IMG/VR virus record: IMGVR_UViG_3300042807_000409
Span: 1-26,877 of that record
Length of the DNA stretch: 26,877 nt
Reading direction: 5' to 3' (one strand)
Origin: a virus
Lineage: Duplodnaviria; Caudoviricetes
Shown: in pieces, positions 7,697 through 16,454 of the stretch
How positions within the stretch are numbered: the first letter of the stretch is position 1
How the letters are laid out: each line of letters begins with the position of its first letter
Program-made: the position numbers and the translations under genes
Notes under the pieces: model-generated
The model's database searches: none
What the model saw: only the letters and a program-made list of their open reading frames with translations
What the model was told of the DNA's origin: nothing

Positions 7697-9219
7697 AATG
7701 GCGCCTCCTTGCCTTCGATCTTGACATTAAAAGGAGCGTCCTGTTTCTGAAAAGCAGGGACTCGCCAAAGCCGCAGCGTACGCCCCTTTATCGTCATAGC
7801 TTGAGGAGAGCCGTTCATTGTCCTCAGGCGCTGAGCGATCTTAGGTGTGGTCATGCATACAAACCGATTCCGCACGAGAAACGCCTCGAGGTCCTTCATG
7901 CGGAAGTAGGTCATGTTCTCTTCATCGTTTGTCCACGGTCGGCCCATGAGGATTTCTTCTCGGTCCATGGCGGATTGAACGTGCGTACAGAACTCTTCGA
8001 GAAGATCCATGAACCGTCCTTCGTTGGACGTGTCTTCTGGCGCTTCTGTGATGGCCTGCGTCTCTACCATCTGTCGCAGAAGACTGTTGAGCAAGGTCTC
8101 CCAATCACCCTTCTTCATGGTCGGAGGGGCGATGTTGATCTTGTTCATGCAGACGATCTGGAACTTGTGCTGTTGCTGGAGCTCCTCGGAGGTCAGCTCA
8201 ATACGATGCCCTTCAACATCGAGAAACCACAGAGGTGGATCGCTCGCATATTTTGAAAGGGCCGTGATGCTTGGTCCTTCATGCGTGGATTGCCCTACCC
8301 CAAACCTGCGCGTCCTGCAGACAGAAGCGTTGCAGTGTGCGTTGATCGGAGCATCTTTGCACTTGTAGTTGTACTCTTTCTTGCCGAGCTGTTTAACAAG
8401 CGTGTTGAGCTCGTTTAGTGGCAGTGGCGGAGTGACGTATTTGTTGTTGTACTGAAGCAGAAGGTCCTCCCATTTATCGGGAGCGGCCTTGCGCAGGTAA
8501 ACGCCTATGTTAAAGAGCCCGTTATTTCGTGTTCCTTCTGGGAAGCCTTGTGTGCAGAGGAACTGCAGGCAGGGTGGGCCGTCTGCGAGGTCATCATCGG
8601 AAGCCTTAGGCTTAGGCATCTCTTGACCGGAGGCGAGAGCATACCGGTCATATAGAGCATAGAAGTCTTCAAGAGTTGCTGCTTCGCCTTCATCATTGAA
8701 TGCGTATCGTGTTCCATTGTCGCCGCCAAAATATGGTAGGTTCAAAAAATTCCCGGTGTCGCCACGCTCCACCAAAATCTGTGTTTGTTTGGGGAAGACC
8801 TCACAGCCGCTGTAGCCAAGATAGGCCGAGAACAGCTTGAGGTTCTTCTGCATATCCGCCGCTGATATAGGTTCCTTTGAGAAGAGGAACACGTGCGCCC
8901 CGCCCGACTTCGAGCGAAACAAGATCAGAGGAAGTTCTAGCTTTCGAATCTTTTTGATGAGGGCTTTATGATCAAGCGGGTATTGGTCAATATCAATGCA
9001 CCCCCACGTGCAAGTATTGTCTGCCCTGATCGGAATGATACCGAGGCTTGGTTCGATTCCGTCAAGGTGACGTTCCCAAAGGTCATCTGTAGGGGGCTTT
9101 CGGACGATCTGAGCCTGTCCGTTTTGTTTGCCATCCTCCCGCTCTTTTTGAATCTTGTAGGTTCCATAAGCAATGTCGAGCCCTTCGAATATTGCCTTGA
9201 ACTTAGCTAATTCTGCCAT
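7693..9219 (-). CDS. Archaeo-eukaryotic-type primase with PriCT-like domain
   Basis: GCIDID (DxD), RSKSGGAHVF (SxxGxH), PPCL...EGTRNNGLF PriCT-like motif; no Walker A seen. Start set at ATG 9217-9219. Confidence 0.85.
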   Translation of the reverse strand: MAELAKFKAIFEGLDIAYGTYKIQKEREDGKQNGQAQIVRKPPTDDLWERHLDGIEPSLGIIPIRADNTCTWGCIDIDQYPLDHKALIKKIRKLELPLILFRSKSGGAHVFLFSKEPISAADMQKNLKLFSAYLGYSGCEVFPKQTQILVERGDTGNFLNLPYFGGDNGTRYAFNDEGEAATLEDFYALYDRYALASGQEMPKPKASDDDLADGPPCLQFLCTQGFPEGTRNNGLFNIGVYLRKAAPDKWEDLLLQYNNKYVTPPLPLNELNTLVKQLGKKEYNYKCKDAPINAHCNASVCRTRRFGVGQSTHEGPSITALSKYASDPPLWFLDVEGHRIELTSEELQQQHKFQIVCMNKINIAPPTMKKGDWETLLNSLLRQMVETQAITEAPEDTSNEGRFMDLLEEFCTHVQSAMDREEILMGRPWTNDEENMTYFRMKDLEAFLVRNRFVCMTTPKIAQRLRTMNGSPQAMTIKGRTLRLWRVPAFQKQDAPFNVKIEGKEAPF

Positions 9220-9244
9220 GTGCCTTATCTTTCTGTATGGAGAC

Positions 9245-9268
9245 AAAAAGGCCGTCCTGTGGACGGCC
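9245..9268 (-). terminator. Rho-independent terminator between SSB-like gene and primase
   Basis: GGCCGTCC-ACA-GGACGGCC perfect 8-bp stem followed by TTTTT on the minus strand. Confidence 0.8.
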
Positions 9269-9285
9269 CACTACTCTATCCCAAT

Positions 9286-10050
9286 TTAAAAGACATCGGC
9301 ACGTTTGTCTATCGGGGCATCTTCTCCATGCTTGACTTCGACCTGACCTGCCTTCACAGACTCAGCAAAGCCCTTTGCAAGCTGGTACCGGTTTGCATCC
9401 TCTACGGGGCCAACACGCTCGACCTCCCAGCCGTACCATTGACCCTTGTCATTTGCCTCTTTAGCTGTCGTGAGGCGATAGACGTGGCTGAATGACGGAG
9501 GAACGAAAGGACCGTTCTTGCCATTCAAGCGCAAGGTCATCATCATGCTGTTCCACTTGCGGGACTTCTTAAGCTGGGTGGACTTCATGACGATCAGTGC
9601 GGGATGATCCCCCTCCTTCTCGTCACACACGATGACGTAGTGCTGCGCAGTGCTCTCGATGTAGTTGCCACTCTCGAGATAGTCGCGTGAATCCCCCGGC
9701 TTGCGGAACGTGCGGTTCATAACATCGCTGGTGGCGGGGTAGATGTTGATTGGTGCGCCACTGCCTTGACCACGTGGAGCCCATTCAATGTACTTACGCT
9801 CGTAGTAGCAGGGAATAACGAGCAAGCCTTCTTTCCCGTCATACACCTTGCCAGAGACTGTGTTGTAGATCATCCCAGCCTTTGCACCCTCCACGCTATC
9901 AAGCTCTGGGGATAGTTGCGAGAGGAGCTTGAGGAACGGCAATGCGAGATCGTCTTGGGAAATGTTTTCCATCCCTGACGAAGCATCAGTCTCAAACATG
10001 TCATTCACAACAGCGAGTGCGGTTTCTTGTTTCTTGGCTACTTGGTTCAT
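9286..10050 (-). CDS. Probable single-stranded DNA-binding protein
   Basis: Position in replication operon, beta-rich aromatic core, partly acidic tail ending in Phe (EDAPIDKRADVF); GAAAGGA SD. Function is inferred. Confidence 0.65.
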   Translation of the reverse strand: MNQVAKKQETALAVVNDMFETDASSGMENISQDDLALPFLKLLSQLSPELDSVEGAKAGMIYNTVSGKVYDGKEGLLVIPCYYERKYIEWAPRGQGSGAPINIYPATSDVMNRTFRKPGDSRDYLESGNYIESTAQHYVIVCDEKEGDHPALIVMKSTQLKKSRKWNSMMMTLRLNGKNGPFVPPSFSHVYRLTTAKEANDKGQWYGWEVERVGPVEDANRYQLAKGFAESVKAGQVEVKHGEDAPIDKRADVF

Positions 10051-10064
10051 GATTCGTGATCCTT

Positions 10065-10613
10065 TCAGATTGATTTGATTTTTGCCTTCATACCCACATA
10101 GGCCCCGAACAGCTCAGTGGGGAACTCTACGCCCTGTTCTACCATCTCGCGCACCCAAGCCTTCAAGGTTTGCGCTTCGATCTTTTCTGACTGGTCAGGG
10201 ACCCAGCCATTACCACGAATGACGCCGATCATGCGTCCGGCATCCTCATCTTCACCGCGTCCAAACTGCACGGACACCGTGTTTTTGATGATGTCGTCGT
10301 AGCCGTGTTGGCGCAGCCATTCGTAAGCCTCGCCCTTACGATCTGCGGGAATGCTTGCAGAGTAAAAAGGCTTGACTTCAATGGATGAGCCATCAGCCAT
10401 CTTGAACGAGGACATGCCTAGTTCGTTGAGGGCCTCGGGGATGCGGTTCTCGGTTAGGTCGCGAAGAGACTCCTTACGCTCTTTCACAACGTCCTCGAGA
10501 TCTGCGATCTCCTTTTCCAAGGTCAGAGCCGTTTTGGCAAGCTCCGAGATCGTGGACAAGCTGTCGTTGCCAACAGCCAATGCTTTTGCGTCAACTTCAA
10601 AGTCAATAGACAT
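10065..10613 (-). CDS. Conserved phage replication-module protein (coiled coil + AYEWLRQHGYDDIIK domain), function uncertain
   Basis: N-terminal coiled coil and a motif familiar from phage replication clusters; start ATG 10611-10613 with AAGGAG SD. Confidence 0.8.
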   Translation of the reverse strand: MSIDFEVDAKALAVGNDSLSTISELAKTALTLEKEIADLEDVVKERKESLRDLTENRIPEALNELGMSSFKMADGSSIEVKPFYSASIPADRKGEAYEWLRQHGYDDIIKNTVSVQFGRGEDEDAGRMIGVIRGNGWVPDQSEKIEAQTLKAWVREMVEQGVEFPTELFGAYVGMKAKIKSI

Positions 10614-10935
10614 TGCTTTCTCCTTTCTGATTAAGATCCACAAGGATCGGGAAGTACTTCATTTCTCGCTTGTCCCACTTCAACAAACGAAATTTGCCGT
10701 TATTGTACTGCGCTGCCATGGCTGCGGCAATCGCCATTGCTGCTGGGTCTCCGATCAGGAGCAAGAAGTCCTCATCGGAAAAATGCTTCAGGTTTCTGCG
10801 CAGGCGCTCGACAGTCGGTCCCGGTGAGAACGTGATCTGCGCGTTAGGGGGTAAAAGGAAAACGAGCTCACCAAAAGCCTGAGCCGGAAGCAAGTTGTGC
10901 TTCATGGTTTCCTGAATGACGTAGATTTTAGACAT
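10603..10935 (-). CDS. Conserved hypothetical alpha/beta protein, 110 aa (LLLIGDP...LLKWD)
   Basis: AAGGAGAAAGG SD; first gene after promoter P2; 11-nt overlap with next gene. Confidence 0.85.
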   Translation of the reverse strand: MSKIYVIQETMKHNLLPAQAFGELVFLLPPNAQITFSPGPTVERLRRNLKHFSDEDFLLLIGDPAAMAIAAAMAAQYNNGKFRLLKWDKREMKYFPILVDLNQKGESNVY

Positions 10936-10967
10936 CCAACCTTTCTCCTTTATCGAATCTGGGGTAC

Positions 10968-10996
10968 ACTATGGCACAGGCAATTTGCCTTGTCAA
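10968..10996 (-). promoter_or_regulatory. Sigma70-type promoter P2 for the replication operon, with palindrome in spacer
   Basis: TTGACA-N17-CATAGT with extended -10 TG; AGGCAA-T-TTGCCT inverted repeat at 10978-10990. Confidence 0.75.
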
Positions 10997-11009
10997 GAAA
11001 GGAAGAAAG

Positions 11010-12452
11010 ATGCAGGACTATCGGTTCAAAAATGAGCCCTATGCCCATCAGGCGGCTTATCTACATCGCTTTTGGCAGGAGCCTGTAGCCGCTTTGTTTG
11101 CGGACATGGGAACAGGAAAAAGCTTCATGTTGATCAACAACATGTGCATGCTGTACGACAACGGCCACATCAACGGGGCCTTGATCATTGCGCCAAAAGG
11201 CGTGTACAGAAACTGGGTGAACGTAGAGCTACCGAAGCACATCCCAGATCACGTGGTGTGGAAGACAGCGCTTTGGAACCCACAGCCGAACAAGGCTGAA
11301 GAGGCTGCGATGGACAGCATGTTTGACATTGACGATGTGCTGCACATCATGGTTATGAACGTTGAAGCGTTTTCATCAGAGAAGGGCAAGAAATTCGCAG
11401 AGCGATTTTTGCTCTCCCACACAGCGCTGATGGCGGTGGACGAAAGCACTACCATCAAAAGCCCGTCCGCGCAACGGACCAAGAACATCTGCAAGGTAGG
11501 GCGCTTCGCGCAATACCGACGAATTCTCACGGGCTCCCCAGTCACAAAAAGCCCCCTTGATCTGTACACGCAATGCGCCTTCTTGGACCCTGACCTGCTT
11601 GGCTTTTCCAGCTTTTTTGCTTTCCAATCTCGCTACGCTACAACCGTCAAGCGCACGATGGGAGCCCGCAGCTTTAATCAAATCATAGGCTACAGACGTT
11701 TGGACGAATTGAACGATAAGCTGCAGTCTTTTGCCTTTCGCGTGACAAAAGAGGAATGTGTAGACCTACCTCCAAAGGTCTACACACGCAGGGAAGTACC
11801 GCTGACGGATGAGCAGGAGAGGGCTTACGCACAGATGAAAAAGATGGCGTTGGCACTGTTTGAGGACGGCTCGATGGTTACCACCACTACAGCCCTGACA
11901 CAACTGCTTCGAATGCATCAGATCTGCTGTGGGCATCTGCGCACCGACGAAGGAGAGCTCCGTGAGCTTAAGAACAACCGCCTTGGTGCACTCATGGAAT
12001 GCATAGAAGAGACATCAGGGAAAGCCATTATTTGGGCCAATTACACCCACGACATCTTGGCAATCGAGAGGGCTTTGTCTAAGGAGTACGGTGGAGGTTG
12101 CGCAGCCACATACTATGGGGATACAGCAGCGGAGGATCGTCCGAAAATTGTAGACAAATTTCAGGACCCCAACAGTGAACTGCGGTTCTTTATCGGTCAG
12201 CCAAAGACTGGGGGTTATGGACTTACCCTGACAGAGGCTCAAACAGTGATCTATTACTCCAACAGTTACGACCTAGAGGTGCGGCTGCAGTCAGAAGATC
12301 GAGCACATCGAATCGGGCAAAAGGGCAGCGTCACGTACATCGACTTGATTGCTCCGAAGACTGTCGATGAAAAGATCGTAGAAGCGCTTCGCAACAAGAT
12401 CAACATTGCAACCGAAGTACTTGGGGAGGACTTAAAAGCATGGCTAATTTAA
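11010..12452 (+). CDS. SNF2-like superfamily 2 helicase/ATPase
   Basis: DMGTGKS, VDEST, LTGSP, GGYGLTL, QSEDRAHRIGQ; start ATG 11010 after AAGGAAG. Confidence 0.95.
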   Translation: MQDYRFKNEPYAHQAAYLHRFWQEPVAALFADMGTGKSFMLINNMCMLYDNGHINGALIIAPKGVYRNWVNVELPKHIPDHVVWKTALWNPQPNKAEEAAMDSMFDIDDVLHIMVMNVEAFSSEKGKKFAERFLLSHTALMAVDESTTIKSPSAQRTKNICKVGRFAQYRRILTGSPVTKSPLDLYTQCAFLDPDLLGFSSFFAFQSRYATTVKRTMGARSFNQIIGYRRLDELNDKLQSFAFRVTKEECVDLPPKVYTRREVPLTDEQERAYAQMKKMALALFEDGSMVTTTTALTQLLRMHQICCGHLRTDEGELRELKNNRLGALMECIEETSGKAIIWANYTHDILAIERALSKEYGGGCAATYYGDTAAEDRPKIVDKFQDPNSELRFFIGQPKTGGYGLTLTEAQTVIYYSNSYDLEVRLQSEDRAHRIGQKGSVTYIDLIAPKTVDEKIVEALRNKINIATEVLGEDLKAWLI

Positions 12453-13276
12453 TCATCAACACCGTTAAACGATACCGTTATAGCACCCTGACCCGACAAG
12501 ACTTTCCAGAGGGTAGACGCTACGTCAACGAGCACGGGGAAAAGCTGCCAAGCGTAACCACAATTCTGGATGCTACGAAGGACAAATCAAAGCTGCAAGA
12601 GTGGATCAACAAGGTCGGGGAAGAAGAGGCGGAGCGGATCAAGAACGATGCCGCAAAAGTGGGCACCGCAATGCATGCGTTCATCGAATCTCACGTCAAG
12701 ATGCGCCCTGTTCCGTGTGCCAAGTACTTTTGGCAGATCAAAGCCTACCGCATGGCGGCGGGTTTAATGGAGACGTACTTCCCCAATCTCACGGAAGTCT
12801 GGGGCAATGAGGTCATGTTGTATAAGCAGGGCGTTTACGCAGGAACAACAGACTTAGTTGGAGTCTATGAAGATGAGCCAGCGATAGTTGATTTCAAACA
12901 GACGAACAAAATGAAGAAGCGGGAGTGGATTGACGACTACTTCATCCAGCTTACCGCTTATGCCCATGCGCACAATGAGCAGTTCGGCACCGACATCCGT
13001 AAGGGGGTGGTGCTTATGGCTGCGCAAGATGGAACTATGAAGGACTTCCAGATAGTAGGCCGAGAGTTCGACCACTATCTGGACTTATGGAAGGCTAAGG
13101 TTGAGCAGTTTTGCGCTGCTCAAGAAGCGGAGAAATCACATCATTCGGAAACAAAGCCTCATACCCTAACCCCGGCGTCTGCGGAACTTTCGGCAGCGGC
13201 GGTAGGTTTCGTGCAGGTAGGCTCTGTGCAATGTTCCGTGACGGGGCCTCAGGAGCAGGAGCAAGCCCCCGCGTAA
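12440..13276 (+). CDS. PD-(D/E)XK exonuclease (Cas4/MGME1-like phage family)
   Basis: LPSVTTIL, GTAMH, E..., AGTTD, VDFKQ, QLTAYA motifs; GGAGG SD. Confidence 0.9.
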   Translation: MANLIINTVKRYRYSTLTRQDFPEGRRYVNEHGEKLPSVTTILDATKDKSKLQEWINKVGEEEAERIKNDAAKVGTAMHAFIESHVKMRPVPCAKYFWQIKAYRMAAGLMETYFPNLTEVWGNEVMLYKQGVYAGTTDLVGVYEDEPAIVDFKQTNKMKKREWIDDYFIQLTAYAHAHNEQFGTDIRKGVVLMAAQDGTMKDFQIVGREFDHYLDLWKAKVEQFCAAQEAEKSHHSETKPHTLTPASAELSAAAVGFVQVGSVQCSVTGPQEQEQAPA

Positions 13277-16200
13277 ACTCCGGTGTGGGCAACGGGAGAC
13301 GGAGATCTTCGTTTTCCGTTGCTTGCACGGCCTCCATGGCGCCTACCTTCAGCAAAGCAGGGAGATAGCCCCCAGCCTTAAGCGTCAGATTGCTCATCGT
13401 CTTGAAGCCTTTTTTGCTGTCAAGAGGCACGTTTGCGCTCACCAGTTGGTGAGCATATTCTGGATCCGTCAAGGCCTTATAAAGCACTGACTCATAGATC
13501 GCAGTCTGTTGCCGTGTCAAGAAGCGAGACATCAGGCTTACTGCGGCATGGATGGGGCTGATCTGACGAATCATTGCCGCACGAGCAGTCGATTCAATCG
13601 TTCCAACACCTGCACCAATCTTTTCGCGAAGCTGCTCGTCTAGCCCACGGAACGGACTCAATCGACCAGCCGGTGCTTGACTAGAGAATACTCGTCGCTG
13701 AATTTCCCCAAGAAGCTTGAGATCATCCAAATGCTGCCGGTCAAACAGCATGTTTAGGGACTTGCCATTCTTGAGCAAAAAGTCCTGCAAGAAGACAGGG
13801 TTGTTGGGATCCAACAGGTCTTGACGAACAGAGGACCAAACCTGACGCTGCAGAGCGGCCCGTCTTTCAGGGTCTTTCCCGACGGTGTTCACCAGCTTGC
13901 GCATGACCGCAGGATCGTTGATTGCCTGCTGCACAAGCTGCTTGGGGTCTGCGTCGGGACGAACGGAACGCTTCAAAAGCGCAGTTAGTTCATCATCCTT
14001 CACAAGATCAGCGCGGTCGGACAGGTCCTTGATCCGTTGTGCCATGCCTTGCCCCGTGCGCAGCTCATCGAGAAGCGTGTCTTGCACACGTTGGGGCATA
14101 GCCTCAACGAGGTTTTTCATGGTCCGTGATTCGAGAAACGAGGCGAATGCTTCGGGGTTAAGAACACCATCTTTAATAACACCGGGAGCCTGTCGCGCAC
14201 GGTCAAAGACGATGTTTTCGAGAGTGCGGGCATAGGCTGGATCGTCCCCGAAAATCGCATTCATGTTTCGAATGTTTTCAGCGGAGGAGAAAGCCTTGTT
14301 TACGACCTGTTCGTTAGAGGTGTAGAAATTGCCCCGTGGATCACGTTTACTGACCAATAGCGGGAACAGCTTCTCGTACCCATTTTGATAAGTCTCTTTG
14401 TAGCGAGCAACCCACTCTTCGAGTCCTGCACCCTGACGGTTGAAGTTGTTGAAGACAAACGATTCAGCGTCTCGTAGGACAGCCTCTCCACGATCAAGAA
14501 TGCGCTTCGCTTGAGTGCGTGGGGCGCCGAGGTCAAGCTGTTTGTTGTAGACGTTGAACATCTGGTTGCGATACCGCTGCGCTGCTTCCAAGAAATCCAA
14601 CGCATCGGGGAAGGACATGGCCCCATTTACCTGCTCCCTAGCAAGCTGAGCGGCCTCTGTTCGCACGTCGTCAATTTGTGACTGGGTAAGACCTTTAGGA
14701 CCTTGCAGAATAAGGTCTTCTGCCGTGATTTTGCGGGCAGTACGAGCAGCAGTCTTCCCTGCAACCACTTCGTCCACAAGTCGAGACAAAAGATTAGCTT
14801 GTTCATCAGGGTTCAACCGAGCAAAGACAGGATTTCCTGAGAGCTTTTCCCGAAGCAGGTTCGGAATCATCTCTTCCATTGCTTTTTCGCGTTGCGTCTG
14901 CAGCCTGCGAAGCTGGTTCTGCATCATGGCAACGGGGCGGGGCGTTCCTTCTGGGAACATTCTTTCGTTTGGAGAAAGACGAAAACGATTTACAAAGTTT
15001 TGCGCAAAGTTCTCAAACTCTGCCGATGGAAATAGCGGCTTGCCGTTAGGTCCAATCGTTGGGACGGTGACCCCCTCTACGTCAAAGCCAGAGCGAGCAC
15101 CAAATGTTTTTGCCAGCGCCCGTAGCCGAAAGAATTGCCCATCCATTTGAGCCAGAATGCCGCTACGCAAGCTTGCACCAAGCTCATCTAAATTCTGCGG
15201 AGCAAAGCGATCTGCAATTCGAAGCGCCTCGCCTTCCTGAAGATCTCGAACTTGTTTAACAGCGTTGTCCACGGTCCGTGCATGGTCGGCAAAGGTCACC
15301 CGAAGTGCATCTTCCAAAGGCATGGAAGCACGGGGGGCAAAGTTCTCAAACGCAGACAAGAACGCCGTTTCGTTTGCGGACACGCGTTGTTGTGCTTGCG
15401 TAAGCAGCTGCCCAGACAGGTTGCGGTACATGTCCTCTTTTGCCGCAATGATCGGGGCGTACAAAGACTGCTCGGCTGCGTCGAAAAGGAACATGTCCTT
15501 GAGCCGTGGATCTTGTTCAATGCGTCGTGTGACCTCTAACGCCTCGCGCAGTCCGGGAGGCTGTGCTTGCCCCTCTTTAGGAGTTAGGACATCAAGCACA
15601 TTCTTTACGTCTCGTTCCGCTTTGCCTGCATAAAGCTTGTTGGCAAAACGCATTGCTCCGCCAACCACTGGAATATTTGGTGCTCTTTCCGCCGCGAGTT
15701 GAGCAGCAAAAGCCTCTGCGGGCTGACCACCGAACATCTCTTGGGATGCCGCCCGACCAAATTGAACGGTGGGGCTGATCTGTGCTAAACGGCCCGCCAG
15801 ATTTAGAATTTGACCTACCGCAAGTGGTGCTGCCACCACCGCTCCGATTGGAGCCACGGCCTTAAGCAGTTCTTTTCCGGGCCCCGGCTGTGCATATTCT
15901 TCCACTGCCTGTGACACACCCTCGTATGCTGCGCCAAAGCCAAGGTCCGCTGCAACGGCGGCTTTTGGGTTGGTGCGAATGAAGTCCAGCATGTCTTTTG
16001 CGACGCGCTTAGCTACACCGGCCTCGGCAGGAAGTGCCGCCCGAAGTGCATTGGTTCTTGCAAACATACCAAGCAGTCCCGTGAATGGGACCGCCGATCC
16101 CGCACCACGGCCTAAAGCTAGCGCAAACCTTTCTACGGCGTTTTCTGGGGCTTGAAGCTCGAGGCCGCGATTGAAGAATCGCACAAACTGAGGAATCTCT

Positions 16201-16454
16201 TCTTGCTCGACGCCAGCAGCTTCGCCTACCTTTCGAATAACAGCATCAGGCAGAGAAAAAAGCGCTGTGTTAAATCCCTGAGAGAACTTTCCAAGGGCAT
16301 TGATAGCTGTTTGCCCTGAGAGCATCGGTGCCTGTACGTCCACATCAGGTTTCCGTGCTTCAGGCGCAGTAAGCTGTTCTGGCTCGGCCTGTCCAACCAC
16401 CTTGCCAGTGTCAAGATCAAGCTGGACTCCGCTAGGTAGAGTGATGACGGGCAT
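13095..16454 (-). CDS. Large probable internal virion/DNA ejection protein, 1119 aa
   Basis: Last gene of structural block; helical, A/G-rich hydrophobic N-terminal segments; TAATG coupling. Function inferred from position. Confidence 0.7.
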   Translation of the reverse strand: MPVITLPSGVQLDLDTGKVVGQAEPEQLTAPEARKPDVDVQAPMLSGQTAINALGKFSQGFNTALFSLPDAVIRKVGEAAGVEQEEIPQFVRFFNRGLELQAPENAVERFALALGRGAGSAVPFTGLLGMFARTNALRAALPAEAGVAKRVAKDMLDFIRTNPKAAVAADLGFGAAYEGVSQAVEEYAQPGPGKELLKAVAPIGAVVAAPLAVGQILNLAGRLAQISPTVQFGRAASQEMFGGQPAEAFAAQLAAERAPNIPVVGGAMRFANKLYAGKAERDVKNVLDVLTPKEGQAQPPGLREALEVTRRIEQDPRLKDMFLFDAAEQSLYAPIIAAKEDMYRNLSGQLLTQAQQRVSANETAFLSAFENFAPRASMPLEDALRVTFADHARTVDNAVKQVRDLQEGEALRIADRFAPQNLDELGASLRSGILAQMDGQFFRLRALAKTFGARSGFDVEGVTVPTIGPNGKPLFPSAEFENFAQNFVNRFRLSPNERMFPEGTPRPVAMMQNQLRRLQTQREKAMEEMIPNLLREKLSGNPVFARLNPDEQANLLSRLVDEVVAGKTAARTARKITAEDLILQGPKGLTQSQIDDVRTEAAQLAREQVNGAMSFPDALDFLEAAQRYRNQMFNVYNKQLDLGAPRTQAKRILDRGEAVLRDAESFVFNNFNRQGAGLEEWVARYKETYQNGYEKLFPLLVSKRDPRGNFYTSNEQVVNKAFSSAENIRNMNAIFGDDPAYARTLENIVFDRARQAPGVIKDGVLNPEAFASFLESRTMKNLVEAMPQRVQDTLLDELRTGQGMAQRIKDLSDRADLVKDDELTALLKRSVRPDADPKQLVQQAINDPAVMRKLVNTVGKDPERRAALQRQVWSSVRQDLLDPNNPVFLQDFLLKNGKSLNMLFDRQHLDDLKLLGEIQRRVFSSQAPAGRLSPFRGLDEQLREKIGAGVGTIESTARAAMIRQISPIHAAVSLMSRFLTRQQTAIYESVLYKALTDPEYAHQLVSANVPLDSKKGFKTMSNLTLKAGGYLPALLKVGAMEAVQATENEDLRLPLPTPEFTRGLAPAPEAPSRNIAQSLPARNLPPLPKVPQTPGLGYEALFPNDVISPLLEQRKTAQP

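Noticed and set aside
10971-11009. Longer SNF2 start at ATG 10971
   Set aside because: No SD, and it overlaps promoter P2; ATG 11010 has a purine-rich SD.
12440-13276. Cas4-like nuclease as sign of a CRISPR system
   Set aside because: No repeat-spacer array or other cas genes; no four-Cys Fe-S motif; an ordinary phage exonuclease family.
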